From Eledone cirrhosa (Eukaryota), in contig OZ024746.1 of the NCBI GenBank assembly GCA_964016885.1, positions 71,486,001 to 71,550,000 of the forward strand: 64,000 bases of DNA, given 5' to 3'. The notes below the pieces were generated by a model. It was given only the letters and a program-made list of their open reading frames with translations, made no database searches and was not told where the DNA came from. How positions within the stretch are numbered: position 1 is the first letter of the stretch; every line of letters begins with the position of its first letter. Positions 46,937 to 61,164 of the stretch are shown here, one piece after another. Position numbers and translations under genes: made by a program.

Positions 46937-47003
<67 letters not shown>

Positions 47004-47050
47004 TAACAGATTAAAGTGTAAGCAAAGAATCGCTGCTTATTTATTATTAT

Positions 47051-47085
<35 letters not shown>

Positions 47086-47127
47086 CATTTCGGGACACCC
47101 ACGGCTCAGCTCCGGCCGTTTCAACAG

Positions 47128-47193
<66 letters not shown>

Positions 47194-47434
47194 GTGAAAA
47201 AAATGGGGAGAAGAATACTGCAGGTTGCACATGGATAACATGTTATAAAATGAGTCCCTCATCAGTGATTTGCCAACGATCATAGATATTTCATTGCATT
47301 ATATATATATATATATACATATAATATATATATAATATATATATAGATATATATACATACATATAATATATATATAATATATATATAGATAGATATACAT
47401 ACATATAATATATATATAATATATATATAGATAT

Positions 47435-47751
47435 ATATCACAAAAAGAAAGAGAATCAGTGTTGCGACGAATGGAATCTATTAGAGATATTACAATCGTT
47501 TATCTGGCGGCCATCTTGAGGCACGATCGATGTTACCTCGCGATGAGGACCTCGCGATTTCAGAGTCAGGTTCGATCATCACATCGATCGTGCCTCGAGC
47601 TGGTCGCCAGAGAAACGATTGTAATATGTCCAATAAATTCCATTCGTCGCAACACTGATTCTCTTTTTTTTGTGATATCATACTCTGCTCTGTGAGAGTA
47701 TCGAGTGCTCAAACGGCCTACCGCATACGGACGCTTTAAACATCCAACACC

Positions 47752-47755
<4 letters not shown>
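47435..47755 (+). mobile_element. TA-flanked fold-back element with a hammerhead 3' half (GAAA-CGATTG-TA at 47612-47623)
   Basis: Arms 47435-47532 / 47581-47679; tail related to the reverse complement of 48300-48372. Confidence 0.7.
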
Positions 47756-47815
<60 letters not shown>

Positions 47816-47818
<3 letters not shown>

Positions 47819-48080
47819 AAAAATAGAGGTGTGACACACGAGTTGTGATATATTCGTAAAAATAAAAGAAAATGCTGACAAATTTTTCCCAGTGAAAAAT
47901 AGTTTAATTTTGAGATAGAGCGCTCTATCTCAAAATTATTTTTGAAAAGCATTAAAAATGCGCAACTGGTAAAAACTCAAAACTAAAACTGAATACTAAC
48001 TAATACTTATTACTAACTTATTAAACTACTTTTCACTGGGAAAAATTTGTCAGCATTTTCTTTTCCTTTTTACTAATATA
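47816..48080. mobile_element. TA-flanked fold-back copy of the family that precedes the telomere-like array at 53432
   Basis: aaagaaaatgctgacaaatt.ttcccagtgaaaa present in both orientations; matches 53432-53640. Confidence 0.75.
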
Positions 48081-48092
48081 TATATATATATT

Positions 48093-48221
48093 TAACAAAG
48101 AAAGTGTGGTAAGGAACCAGGTGGACCATAACGCACCAGAGTACTCGATACTTAGGGTAGTAGAGTTCGGATCTAGCTGTCGAAACGGCCGGAGCTTAGC
48201 CGTCGGGGTCCTGACTCTTTT

Positions 48222-48226
<5 letters not shown>
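48093..48226. mobile_element. Family A element with inversion plus internal deletion
   Basis: Body breaks at gtagagt and continues with the inverted tcggatctagctgtcgaaac arm. Confidence 0.75.
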
Positions 48227-48283
<57 letters not shown>

Positions 48284-49099
48284 CGTGTGTGTGTGTCTTA
48301 TGGTAGCTAAGATGCTTCCATAGGCGGTATGCCGGTTGAGCACTCTATGCTCTTACAGAGCAGAGTATGATAGAATAGAAAACGAAAAATGCATCACTGA
48401 TTTTTTTGTTTTCTATTCTATATATATACATATATATATATGTGTGTGTGTATGTGTGTTTGTGTGTGTGTATGTACATGCATTTATTTATATATATTAG
48501 GTGGCGAATTAGCAGATTCGTCAGAATGTCAGATAGAATGCTTTAAAAAAAAAAAAAAAAAAAAATCTGCTATATTCAGACCTGGAAATGAGATTGGCTC
48601 CTCCGGGTTTAAAAATTACCCTAGAAGTTCTGCTATGACAATACTGCACCATATGACTCCCTCTGGAGTTACGGTTCCTTACATATATACGTATATATAT
48701 ATTTAAACTCTACTTCAGTATTGAGTACTCTTTACTCTCGTCCGTCATGTACATACGAATGTACATTGTTATACGCACGATTTCACATCAAGTATTTTGC
48801 AAACAAACACACAAAAATATATACAAATATTGTCCATAGTTAGTATATTTTTCACCTTAGCGAATCTGGTCCCTTACGATTTGAACACATATAGAACACA
48901 GACATATACATATATATGTATATGTCTGTGTTTATCTCTCTTATATATTCAATTATAATATACGGCTCGGAAACATCTCTTTCCTAGAGCTATTTTATTG
49001 TAAGAGACTATTTTCAGTTTCTAACTCAATATATACCTCTGATATATAGTGAAAAATGGAACATATATAAACAGAATGTTATCGGCTACCTTCATATTA

Positions 49100-49101
49100 C
49101 T

Positions 49102-49132
<31 letters not shown>

Positions 49133-49349
49133 TATTCTCCCATCTTACTTCACTCACTCTCTCTCCCACTCATTCTCCCACCTTACTTCACTCTCTCTCT
49201 CTCTCTGTCTCACTCATTCTCCCACCTTACTTCACAGTCTTTCCCTCCACCCCTCTCTCTCTCTCTCACTCATTCTCCCACCTTACTTCACAGTCTTCCC
49301 CCCCCCCTCTCTCTCTCTCTCTCACTCATTCTCCCACCTTACTTCACAG

Positions 49350-49389
<40 letters not shown>

Positions 49390-49460
49390 ATTCTCCCACC
49401 TTACTTCACAGTCTCTCTCTCTCACTCATTCTCTCTCTCCCCCCTCTCTCTCTCTGTATC
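49100..49460. repeat. CT-rich minisatellite (ctcactcattctcccaccttacttcacagtct)
   Basis: About six copies separated by (CT)n. Confidence 0.85.
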
Positions 49461-49821
49461 TATTTCAGTGTTGAAAGACACCAGTGGGGTGTTAATGGCC
49501 CCACTGAGGGGTTTACTAAGGAATTGCCTGATGACAGCTTTAAACAAAGAGAGAGTGGGATGGGGGGGGGGGGGGGGGTCACTGTCTTTTATACATATCT
49601 TCTGCCCCTTAGGATGGCTGTTACTGCTTTATCAACACCACTACCATTACCATCATCATCACTTCCAACATCATCTATCCCATCATCCTCACCATAATCA
49701 TCACCTCACCTCCATAATCAACAGCATCATCATCATCATCGTCGTCATCATCATCATTATCAGTATCATCATCATCATCATCATCGTCATCAGCATCATC
49801 ATTATCAGCATCATCATCATC

Positions 49822-49903
<82 letters not shown>

Positions 49904-50062
49904 GCATCATCCTCATCATCATCTCCTTCGTTTCTTTCTTTTTCCAAGTTTTACCTCCTCCTTATTTCTTGCACTACGCCCCCCCCCCCCTCCTTCACTT
50001 ATTATACTCCTGTCATGTTTACGTTGTCTAAAGACTAAAAGACCGAATGAAGGACATACTGT

Positions 50063-50116
<54 letters not shown>

Positions 50117-50205
50117 CAAAGAGAGAGGGGGAAAGGGAGAGAGAGACTGAGAGAGAGAGAGAGAGAGAGAGGAAGGAAGAGAGAGAGAGAGCGAGAGAGA
50201 GAGAG

Positions 50206-50328
<123 letters not shown>

Positions 50329-51070
50329 ATAGAGAGGGGGAAAGAGAGAGAGAGAGAGAGAGAGAGACTGAGAGACTGAGAGAGAGAGAGAGAGAGAGTG
50401 ACAGATTGAGAAAAAGACGGCGAGGCGAACAGACACATCTACAGGCTGACAGACACGAGGGTGTGGTTGTATTATGTTAAATACGTAGACCCCCAACAGA
50501 GGAGGTCAATGTGGGATTCGATACATAGCACTCTATGTTATTATATACTATACGATGTAAACGGGTACATTGGTAGATTGTCAGGTAGTTGGGTAGTAGT
50601 AGTAGTAGTATTAGTATTAGTACGCCCATCTATTAGTATGCTTGCTTGACTGTTTGTCTGTCCGTCTTTACATCTCAATTAAGTTCACACAGCAAAAACA
50701 CAACAAAAAATAATGTCTCCACTGAACAACCATCCATCCATGGGTCCTGAAATCTTCATTAAGTTGTTGGAGCGCCGTCGTGTCATTTAAACTCAGCGGT
50801 GCTCATCTCTCGCTAGGTCTGAACACAGCTGATTTCTTTCAAAGGAAAAGAGAGAAAGACGAAAAGCGATCCCATTATTGGATTGGTACTTTATTTATCG
50901 ACCTCGAAAGGTCGAGAAGCAAAGTTGACCTGACACATCCGTATTCTATTATTCTTTTACTGGTTTTACTCATTATTCTGCGGTCAAACTGGAGCACTAC
51001 TTTAGACATTTTTCACAATCACACTTTCTGATCTGATTAATTTCTTCGTCAATAACACCCGATGCCCTCC

Positions 51071-51136
<66 letters not shown>

Positions 51137-51787
51137 CCTTCACTTGAAGATAAATCTTCTTTTGTAACATTCCACCGGAAATTTCACCCCTCCTCAGTCC
51201 GACTAAAACATTTCAGCAACGTGCTTGTCCAGCCTAGACACTGTGTCACGGAATACTCAGCCACATACACTATAATACAAGATGGGCTGTACCTATAATT
51301 CAAATGTCCGACCTTGTCAGACATTGTACACGTGTCTGTGGGAATGTTCAGGCACTTGTACGTTAATTTCATGAGCAAGCTGCTCCGTTATTTGAACAAT
51401 TAGAACACTCGTCGTCGCAACCGATGGAGATCCAACAACTTGTCCTGCTTACCCCTTTAATCGACACTCTACCAGTTTAAGCATGTTTCCACCAATCTGT
51501 CAATACGCCGTTGTAATCACAAGGTGTTATTATACCCGTAAAACAGCATGCTATCTTATCTCTATTACAGCTGGGACGGACTGGTGAAAGAAGGGATGGA
51601 TGCCTGATGCTTAATGGTGAAGCGAGGATATTGGTGATGTAGGTGCGCGTGTTTGTGGTAGTGCTATTGAAAATGGTGGTGGTGGTGGTGGTGTTGGTGG
51701 TGGTGATTGTACAGTGTATATATTCTTTAAAATATATTATATTCTGTAGTAGAACGTACCGTTGATATATATATATATATATATATA

Positions 51788-51880
<93 letters not shown>

Positions 51881-51900
51881 GTATGTTATGTATGTATATA

Positions 51901-51943
<43 letters not shown>

Positions 51944-52619
51944 GTATGTATATATATATATATATATATATACAAACATACCTACAAACATACATATATA
52001 TATATATACACACATATATATATATTTTCCAGAGAGAGGGGGGGGGAGAGAGCGAGAGAGAGAGAGAGGGGAAAGGGAGAGAGAGAGAGAGGGGGGGGAG
52101 ATACTAATCAAAGTTTGTATGGACAGCTAGGTAAATATATAGTGAGTTGAACTAGGTAGATAGATGTTTGGTTGACTAGTTCGGTAAGTAGTGAGATGAC
52201 TATATGAGAAGAACGGGTAGTCAACGGGTCTGACGGGTGGATGTATAGAGTGGTCAAGGTTAGGCGGGTTCGATGATCAGGTGGGCGTGTGTTTGTACGA
52301 TATACCTTAGGTGGTGGTGGGGCCTCCTGGGTCGTTGTATGTACTTGAACAACAAATAGATACATCAGTATTAACACAGGCCATCACCTCCTACACAAAT
52401 GATTTGATCTCTTCACCCCACGCTTCAATCCTATGTATTGTCCACTGTTTGCTTGTTTAGAGTTGTTGATGATGATAGTAATGATGATAATAATAATAGG
52501 TACTCTTGTTGTGATTGTTGTTGTTGTTGTAGCTAATGTTTCTGTTAGTTTAGCGTACTCGATATCTTCATTAGTCTGGTACGTCTCACTCAATTACCTT
52601 GTATGTATGTATGTATGTT

Positions 52620-52875
52620 TTCTCTTTCTCTTAATTTCGAGTATATTTTTTTTGACCGGCCACCTTCCTGGTGGCAAGGTTGTAAAAGAAAAGAAATTGT
52701 CATCCCTTGAATCGCAAGAATGTTTTGCATATTTTGAAGGTGCCAGCTATCGCAGCCATTTGTAGACTATGAATTAGGGAGCTGCGCTTTTTGTCCGCAA
52801 ATCCAAGTTCGGTCATACTTTGGTCCAAGCGGGTTGGTATATAACCCGTAGCATCAATAATGATAGGTATGAAGC

Positions 52876-52880
<5 letters not shown>
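52620..52880 (-). pseudogene. 5'-truncated non-LTR element with restriction-like endonuclease C-terminus (R4/Dong/NeSL type) inside (GTAT)n
   Basis: [16 protein letters not shown]...MTELG....[21 protein letters not shown] followed by a short 3' UTR; (GTAT)n on both sides. Confidence 0.7.
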
Positions 52881-52907
<27 letters not shown>

Positions 52908-52957
52908 TGTATGTATGTATGTATGTATGTATGTATGTATGTATGTATATGATGCAT

Positions 52958-52991
<34 letters not shown>

Positions 52992-52993
52992 CA

Positions 52994-53077
<84 letters not shown>

Positions 53078-53138
53078 TAGAAAGTGAAATTTTTTTTACG
53101 AAATGAAAAATAACCGAGGTGTCCTATACGAGTGAAAG

Positions 53139-53375
53139 TATAAAGAAAAAGAGATGAAATCGAAAATGCAACTGGAGTCTTATTTTTTAAAAAAATATAT
53201 ATATTTATTTGGTTCCTTTACCGGTTTCGCAGTTCTTCTAAAAACCACAGACCCTCCACCTCAACTCACCTTTTGAAAAGCAGAAGAACTGCGAAACCGG
53301 TAAAGGAACCAAATAAATATATATATTTAAAAAAAAAATAAGACTCCAGTTTCATTTTCGATTTCATTTCTTTTT

Positions 53376-53381
<6 letters not shown>
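53139..53381. mobile_element. Fold-back element (~100-bp arms) with a hammerhead 3' half (GAAA-CCGG-TA at 53293-53302)
   Basis: Arms 53139-53239 / 53282-53381; right end abuts (TA)n. Confidence 0.8.
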
Positions 53382-53434
<53 letters not shown>

Positions 53435-53869
53435 AAAGAATAGAGCTGTAACACACGAGTTATGATATATTGGTAAAAGGAAAAGAAAATGCTGACAAAT
53501 TGTTCCCAGTGAAAAATAGTTTAATTAGGAATAAGTATAAGTTAGTAATAAGTATTAGTTAGTATTCAGTTTTCGTTTTGAGTTTTTACCGGTTGCGCAT
53601 TTCTAATGCTTCTCAAAAATAATTTTGAGATATAGCGCCCGTGATGTTTGCTCTAATCTGATTAGTTTTGGAAATTCTACCTGTTTTATGTGAAAAAAGT
53701 GGCTCCAGATGTATTAAAATAAGTTTCGCGCCAATTCGTGTTGCAAAAATTCTTGTGGTCAAAACAATTTTGATTGGTCGGTAGAGGTCATGTGAATGTT
53801 AAAAATTGATTTTGCGCCAAATGTAGGTTTGTCTCGGCTGATTGAGAAGTCACTGAAAAATAGGTCTTT

Positions 53870-56800
53870 TTACGCTAAACCTAACACAAACCCTAACGTT
53901 AAACATAACCCTAATACTAAACCTAAAGTTAACCCAAAAATTAAACCTAAATCTAACCCTAATGCTAAGCCTAACCCTAAGCCTAACCCTAACCCTAACC
54001 CTAACCCTAACCATAACCCTAACCATAACCCTAACCCTAAAACTAACCCTATGGCTAAACCTAACCCTAAACCTAACGCTAAACAAAACCATAGCCCTAA
54101 CCGTAAAACTAACCCTAACCCTAACCCTAACCCTAAGCTAACCCCAACCATAACCCTAACCTTAAACCTGAGACTAACCCTACAGCTAATCCTAACCCTA
54201 ATCCTAACGCTAACCCTAAATCTAGCGCTAAACCTAACCCTAACAGCTAATCCCAAGCTAACCCTAACCTTAACCGTAACCCTAAACCTAAACCTAACCC
54301 TAAAATTAACCCTAACACTAACCCTAACCCTAACGCTAACCCTAACCTTCACGCTAATCCTAAAATTAACCGTAACCCTAACCCTAAACCTAACCCGAAC
54401 ACTAATCCTAACTCTAACCGTAACGCTGAACCTAACCCTAACCCTAACCCTAACCCTAATGTTAAGCCTAAGCCTAACCCTAAGCCTAACCCTAACCATA
54501 ACCCTAACGCTAACTCTTACGCTAACCCTAACACAATAACTACCATTAAACATAACCCTAACCCTAACCCTAAAGCTAACCCCAAAATTAACCCTAACCC
54601 TAACCCTAACCCTAATGCTAAGCCTAACCCTAACCCTAACCCTAACGCTAACCCTAACACTAACCCTATGGCTAAACTTAACCCTAATCCTAACGCTAAA
54701 CAAAACCATAGCGCTAAACCTAAAACTAACCCTAACCCTAACCCTAACCCTAACACTAACCCTACCCTCACCCTAACCATAACGCTAGCCCTAACCCTAA
54801 CCCTAACTCTGAGACTAACCCTACCGCTAATCCTAACCCTAACACTAACCCTAAATCTAGCGCTAAACCTAACGCTAACCCTAACCCTAACGCTAACCCT
54901 AACATTAACCGTAACCCTAACCCTAAACCTAACCCTAACATTAACCCTAACCCTAACCCTAACGCCAACCTTAACCCTATTCTAAGCCTTAGCCTAAACC
55001 TAACACTAAAGCTAAACCTAACCCCAACCCTAACGCTAACCCTAACCCAAAACCTAACACTAACACCAACCCTAACCCTAATCCTGACCCTAACGCTAAC
55101 CCTAACCCTAACCCTAACCCCAACCCTGAGACTAACTCTAACGCTAATCCTAACCCTAACCCTAACGCTAACCTTTAATCTAGCGCTAACCCTAACACTA
55201 ACACTAACCCTAACGTTAACCCAAACCCTAACGCTAACCCTAACCTTAACGCTAACCCTAAAATTAACCGTAAACCTAACCCTAAACCTAACCCGAACAC
55301 TAACCCTAACTCTAACCCTAACGCTGAACCTAACCCTAATACTAAGCCTTACCCTAAACCTAACCCTAACTTTAACCCTAACCCTAACCATTAACCTAAC
55401 CCTAACCCTAACCCAAACCATTAACCTAACCCTAACGCTAACGCTAACCCTAACCCTAACCTTAACCCTAATGCTAAACCAAACACTTACACTAACCCTA
55501 ACCCTAAAGCTAACCCAAACACTAACCCTAACCCTATCCGTAATTTTAAGCCTATCCCTAACCGTAACACTAACCCTAATCCTAATCCTAACCCTAACCC
55601 TAACCCTAACTCTACTCTAACCCTAACACTAAACCTTACCCTAACCCTAATCCTAACCCTAACCCTAACCCTAAACCTAACCCTAAAACTAACCAAAACC
55701 CTAACGCTAAACTTGACCCTAAATCTAACACTAACCCTATACATAACACACACCCTACCCTAACCCTAACCCTAACCCTAACCCTAACACTAAACCTAAA
55801 CCTAACGTTAACACTAACCCTAACCTTAACGCTAACCCTAACGCTAACCCTAACCCTAACACTAACCCTAACCCTAACCCTAACCCTAACCCTAACTCTA
55901 ACGCTAACTCTATCCCCAACCCTAACCCTAACCGTAACCATAAAGTTACCCCTAACCCTAACGCTAACACTAACGCTAACCGTGCCGCTAACCCTAACTC
56001 TAGCCCTAAGGCTAAACCTAACCCTAACCCTATCCCTAAACCTAACCCTTACTCTAACCCTAAACCTAACCATAACGCTAACACTAACCCTAACCCTAAA
56101 CCTAAACCTAACGTTAACCCTAATGCTCAATCTAACCCTAACTCTAACGATAACATTAACCCTAACGCTAACCCTAACCTTAAACCTAACGCTAACCCTA
56201 ACCCTAACACTAAAACTAACCCTAACCCTAACGCTAACCGTAACACTTATTCTAACCCTAAGACTAACCCTAAAGCTAGTCCTAACCCTAACCCTAACCC
56301 TAACCGGACGTTAACCTTCATGCTAACCCCAACCCTAACCCTAACCCTAACACTAACACTAACACTAACACTAAAGCTAACCCTAACCCCAACCCTAACG
56401 CTAAACCTAACACAAACCCTAACACAAACCCTAACCCTAACCCTGAGACTAACCCTAACGCTAATCCTAGCCCTAACCCTAAAGCTAACCCTTAATCTAG
56501 CGCTAACCCTAACACTAACACTAACCCTAACGTTAACCCTAACCCTACGCTAACCCTGACCCTAACGCTAATCCTAACATTAACCGTAACCCTAACCCTA
56601 AACCTAACCCGAACACTAACACTAACCCTAACCCTAAAGCTGACCTTAACCCTAACCCTAAGCCTTACCCTAAACCTAACCCTAATCTAACCCTAACCTT
56701 AACCCTTAACCTAACCCTAACCCTAACGCTAACCCTAACCCTACCCCTAATTCTATCGCTAACCCTTACGCTAACCCTAACACTAACCCTAACTCTAAAG

Positions 56801-57660
56801 CTAACCCCAAAACAAACCCTAACCATAACCCTAACCCTAAAGCTAAGCCTAACCATAAACCTAACCCTAACGCTAACCCTAACACTAACCCTATGGTTAA
56901 ACCTAACCCTAACCCTAACGCTAACCCTAACCCTAATCCTAACCCTAAAACTAACCCTAACCCTAACCCTAAACCTAACACTAACCCTACCCTAACCTTA
57001 ACCATAACCCTAACCCTAACCATAACCCTAACACTAACGCTAACCCTAAACCTAACCCTAACCCTAACCCTAACCCTAACCCTGAGACTAACCCTACCGC
57101 TAATCCTAACCCTAACCCTAACCCTAACCCTAAATCTAGCGCTAAGCCTAACCCTAACACTAACCCTAACGCTAACCCTAACCCTACCGCTAACCCTAAC
57201 CCGAACGCTAACCCTAACCTTAACCGTAACCCTAACCCTAAACCTAACCCTAACACTAACCCTAACCCTAAACCTAACGCCCCCTAACCCTAACCCTAAA
57301 CCTTACCCTAAACCTAACACTAACTCTAACCCTAACCCTAACCCAAACCATTAACCTAACCCTAACCTTAACCCTAACGCTAAACCAAACCCTAACCCTA
57401 ACCCTAATGCTAACCCTTAAAGCCAACCCTAACCCTAACACTACGGCTAAACCTAGGCCTAACCCTAACTCTAACCCTGGCGCTAACGTTAAACCTAACC
57501 CTAACCCTTACCCTAACGCTAACCCTAATACTAACGCTAACCCCAACCCTAAGCCTAACACTAACCCTAAGACTAACCCTAGCCCTAACCCCAACGCTAA
57601 GCCTAAGCCTAACCCTAACCCTAAGCCTAACCCTAACTCTAACCCTGACGCTAACGTAAA
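53870..57660. repeat. Degenerate interstitial telomere-like (TAACCC)n array (TTAGGG on the minus strand)
   Basis: ~3.8 kb of variant hexamers; landmark ctgagactaa at 54168, 54809, 55126, 56443 and 57082. Confidence 0.92.
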
Positions 57661-57744
57661 CACGTGCGCACACATACAATATCGGAGCTATGCTATTTCA
57701 AAGGTGATGAATAAAATACCATCCTATATACTCTCACTAATCTC

Positions 57745-57811
57745 TGTCTATGGAGTAACGTTACTCGACAGAGTTCGTTGCTCTCTGTCGAGTAACGTTA
57801 CTCCATAGACA
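57745..57811. repeat. Perfect 29-bp-arm hairpin with internal palindrome gagtaacgttactc
   Basis: tgtctatggagtaacgttactcgacagag-ttcgttgct-ctctgtcgagtaacgttactccatagaca. Confidence 0.9.
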
Positions 57812-57925
57812 CTTAGGACGAACCCCATTTCGGCCGCTAATCAATCCTGTCCTTGCAAATAATAAACAGGAGAGGTGACAGTACGCACCCTTAGCGGAGT
57901 CCAACTTCCACAGTGAATGATTTCG

Positions 57926-57998
<73 letters not shown>

Positions 57999-58147
57999 AT
58001 AATAATAAAATTGAAGACTAAAATCCAAAGAGGGCTCGATAAGGAAAATATATATCAAATATATAAGAACCGTAGAGCAAATATTTATTAAAATAACAGA
58101 TTAAAGTTTAAGCAACGAATCGATGCTTTCACCCTTAACGGGATCTT

Positions 58148-58204
<57 letters not shown>

Positions 58205-58828
58205 ATAAGGATGTTTATATTTATATATGTTTAATACAACTATAAATATGTAGGGTAGTACTAAGTACTAGCCGGTTATCGGTATGACAAACACCTATTG
58301 ATTATAAACGACTCAAAATAATCCCATGGTTAACAGCTGTGAGTTACAAACAACATATACACATACATACAAACTACAACACATAAACACTTGAATGAAA
58401 AATCACCTATCAAACTCTATCACGTGCTTTGCATTACACCTCACGTAACAAATACCTACTTTATCACCACACGCCTCTCTAACATATTGCATGCCATCTT
58501 AAACATTTCTAACAATTCTAACATGCATTAACACCGTACACAAAATATGTTTATTTCAACTGCATTATAACTCTTTCCTCATACATGCCTTATTGACTGT
58601 ATTGACTCCTGAATTATACACCACTTTTCCTTGCTTGTAACTTTTTTGCCTGTACTTTTTGCTTATACCTCTTACACTTTCAACCAGTGCTGCCTGTAAT
58701 TGTTCTCGCAAGCATAACATCTTTTTAACTCCTGACTCTCCACATGATGCCTTTGACACTAAAAACAATTATGTACCCTAAATGTTCTGAATGACTAGGA
58801 TTTTAGTCACATGTTTCAACATTCCCTA

Positions 58829-58875
58829 TGCTCCGATGATTTCAGACTTCCCTCTGGAAGAAACAATTGTCAGCA
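58829..58875 (+). ncRNA. Hammerhead-like motif with CCGATGA core
   Basis: TGCT-CCGATGA-TTTCAGA cttccc TCTGGAA-GAAA-CAATTG-TC|AGCA. Confidence 0.65.
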
Positions 58876-58911
58876 AATAAATGTTCTAAACCAAAATTTG
58901 ATCGTTTTAAC

Positions 58912-58963
<52 letters not shown>

Positions 58964-59374
58964 TATCATTATAATATATGGAAGTCATTATTGCACGAAC
59001 GCAACGCGACAAGGGGCGTTATATTTGGAGTTTCCCGGTCAACAATTAATGACACGAAATGAATTCGTTGTCTTAAACCGGCAATTATGAAAGGGCAGTG
59101 TACAGAATGTATAGGTAACTTGTAGAATTCGTACAGAGAATAAGATCTATAAATACCTGTACACGCACATACATAAATGTGTAAATGGGCTCGTGAGTGT
59201 GTGTATGTGTGTATGTGTGTGTGTACACGCACACACATACACACACTCACGAGTCCATTTACACATGCTCACACACACACATATATATATAGGTGATAAA
59301 TGAAACAAACAAAACACAGGAGGCAATTTTTACGCAGTCATATATGGGTTACACTTGGTGGAAGTGGAGAAGGT

Positions 59375-59434
<60 letters not shown>

Positions 59435-59612
59435 AAGGATCATTGGTTAAGCCTTGATTACGTTTATTGATTGGTGACGCGCGTTTCGCTATTGATCAGC
59501 TCAAGGTTCGATTTGTATCGATCTGACCCGACTCTGTCTAGTTGTACACCTCGCTACTGACGTGAACGTAACCATCGAGAGCTCATCTGTGTTAACCTAC
59601 AGTAGCTTCGCG

Positions 59613-59728
<116 letters not shown>

Positions 59729-59729
59729 G

Positions 59730-59818
<89 letters not shown>

Positions 59819-59836
59819 TACCTTTCAGTGCTCTCT

Positions 59837-59885
<49 letters not shown>

Positions 59886-60004
59886 AATATAAATTAGCGA
59901 GAATCGTTTTCAGCTCAGGAATTAACGAAAAGTCCGATATGTGTGGCAAGCGCTCGATGAATCATATGAATCAGAGCTACAACATACGTTAAGGGCCAAA
60001 CACA

Positions 60005-60100
<96 letters not shown>

Positions 60101-60169
60101 GTAGAACACTGAAAGGTATTATCCGCAGTGGTAGAGCACTCAGTCAATGGGACGAGTTAGGTGGAAGTG

Positions 60170-60310
60170 GTAACACAACAATTAGTTCACCATACCGAGA
60201 ACAATTGTTTCACCTTAGCGGATCGTCAGCTTGTACAGCTGAAGTACGAGCTGAAGATCCGCTAAGGTGAAACAATGTTTCTCGGTATGGTGAACTAATT
60301 GTTATGTTAC
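60170..60310. mobile_element. Fold-back element with back-to-back hammerheads (60247-60284 +, 60195-60231 -)
   Basis: CGAG-CTGAAGA-T CC gctaa GG T-GAAA-CAATG-TT(T)|CTCG; the mirror arm reads CTGACGA...GAAA-CAATTG-TT|CTCG. Confidence 0.75.
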
Positions 60311-60312
60311 AA

Positions 60313-60444
<132 letters not shown>

Positions 60445-60538
60445 TAATGGCTTCTACACATCTGAAACAATTCTAGTCCTGTAGAAGCTTACTTACCCCG
60501 ATTGAACCCGGGATAAATTCATATATATATATATATAT

Positions 60539-60712
60539 AACGAAGGAAATGTGGTAAGGAACCAGGTGGACCATAACGCACCAAAGTACTCAATACTTAG
60601 GGTAGTAGAGTGGGTAATAGGAACAAGTAAGACCCGACGGCTGAGCTCAAGCCATTTCGACAGAATTAGCCGTCGAAACGGCTTGAGCTCAGCCGTCGGG
60701 GTCTTACTTGTT

Positions 60713-60716
<4 letters not shown>
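60539..60716 (-). mobile_element. Family A fold-back element
   Basis: Same body and inverted arm ending gttcctata. Confidence 0.85.
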
Positions 60717-60789
<73 letters not shown>

Positions 60790-60802
60790 GTATATATATA
60801 TG

Positions 60803-60970
<168 letters not shown>

Positions 60971-61164
60971 AGTATTATTATAATATATTGAAATCATTAT
61001 TAGTAATTACTAATATATGTGTGTTATTGAAGACTGATCAAAGTGGGGACGGATTGTGGCCTTTGCTGTACATTAACTGGTAGCAAAATAGAAGGTTTTA
61101 TTGAAGGACGTGAGAATGAGTACTTAATACGAAAATAAAGTTTAAAGTTTCATTTATTATGTCT

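Noticed and set aside
53796-57808. NPNP/LTLT/VRVR ORFs, and the idea that this is a true telomere
   Set aside because: Translations of TAACCC; the array is degenerate and flanked by ordinary sequence on both sides
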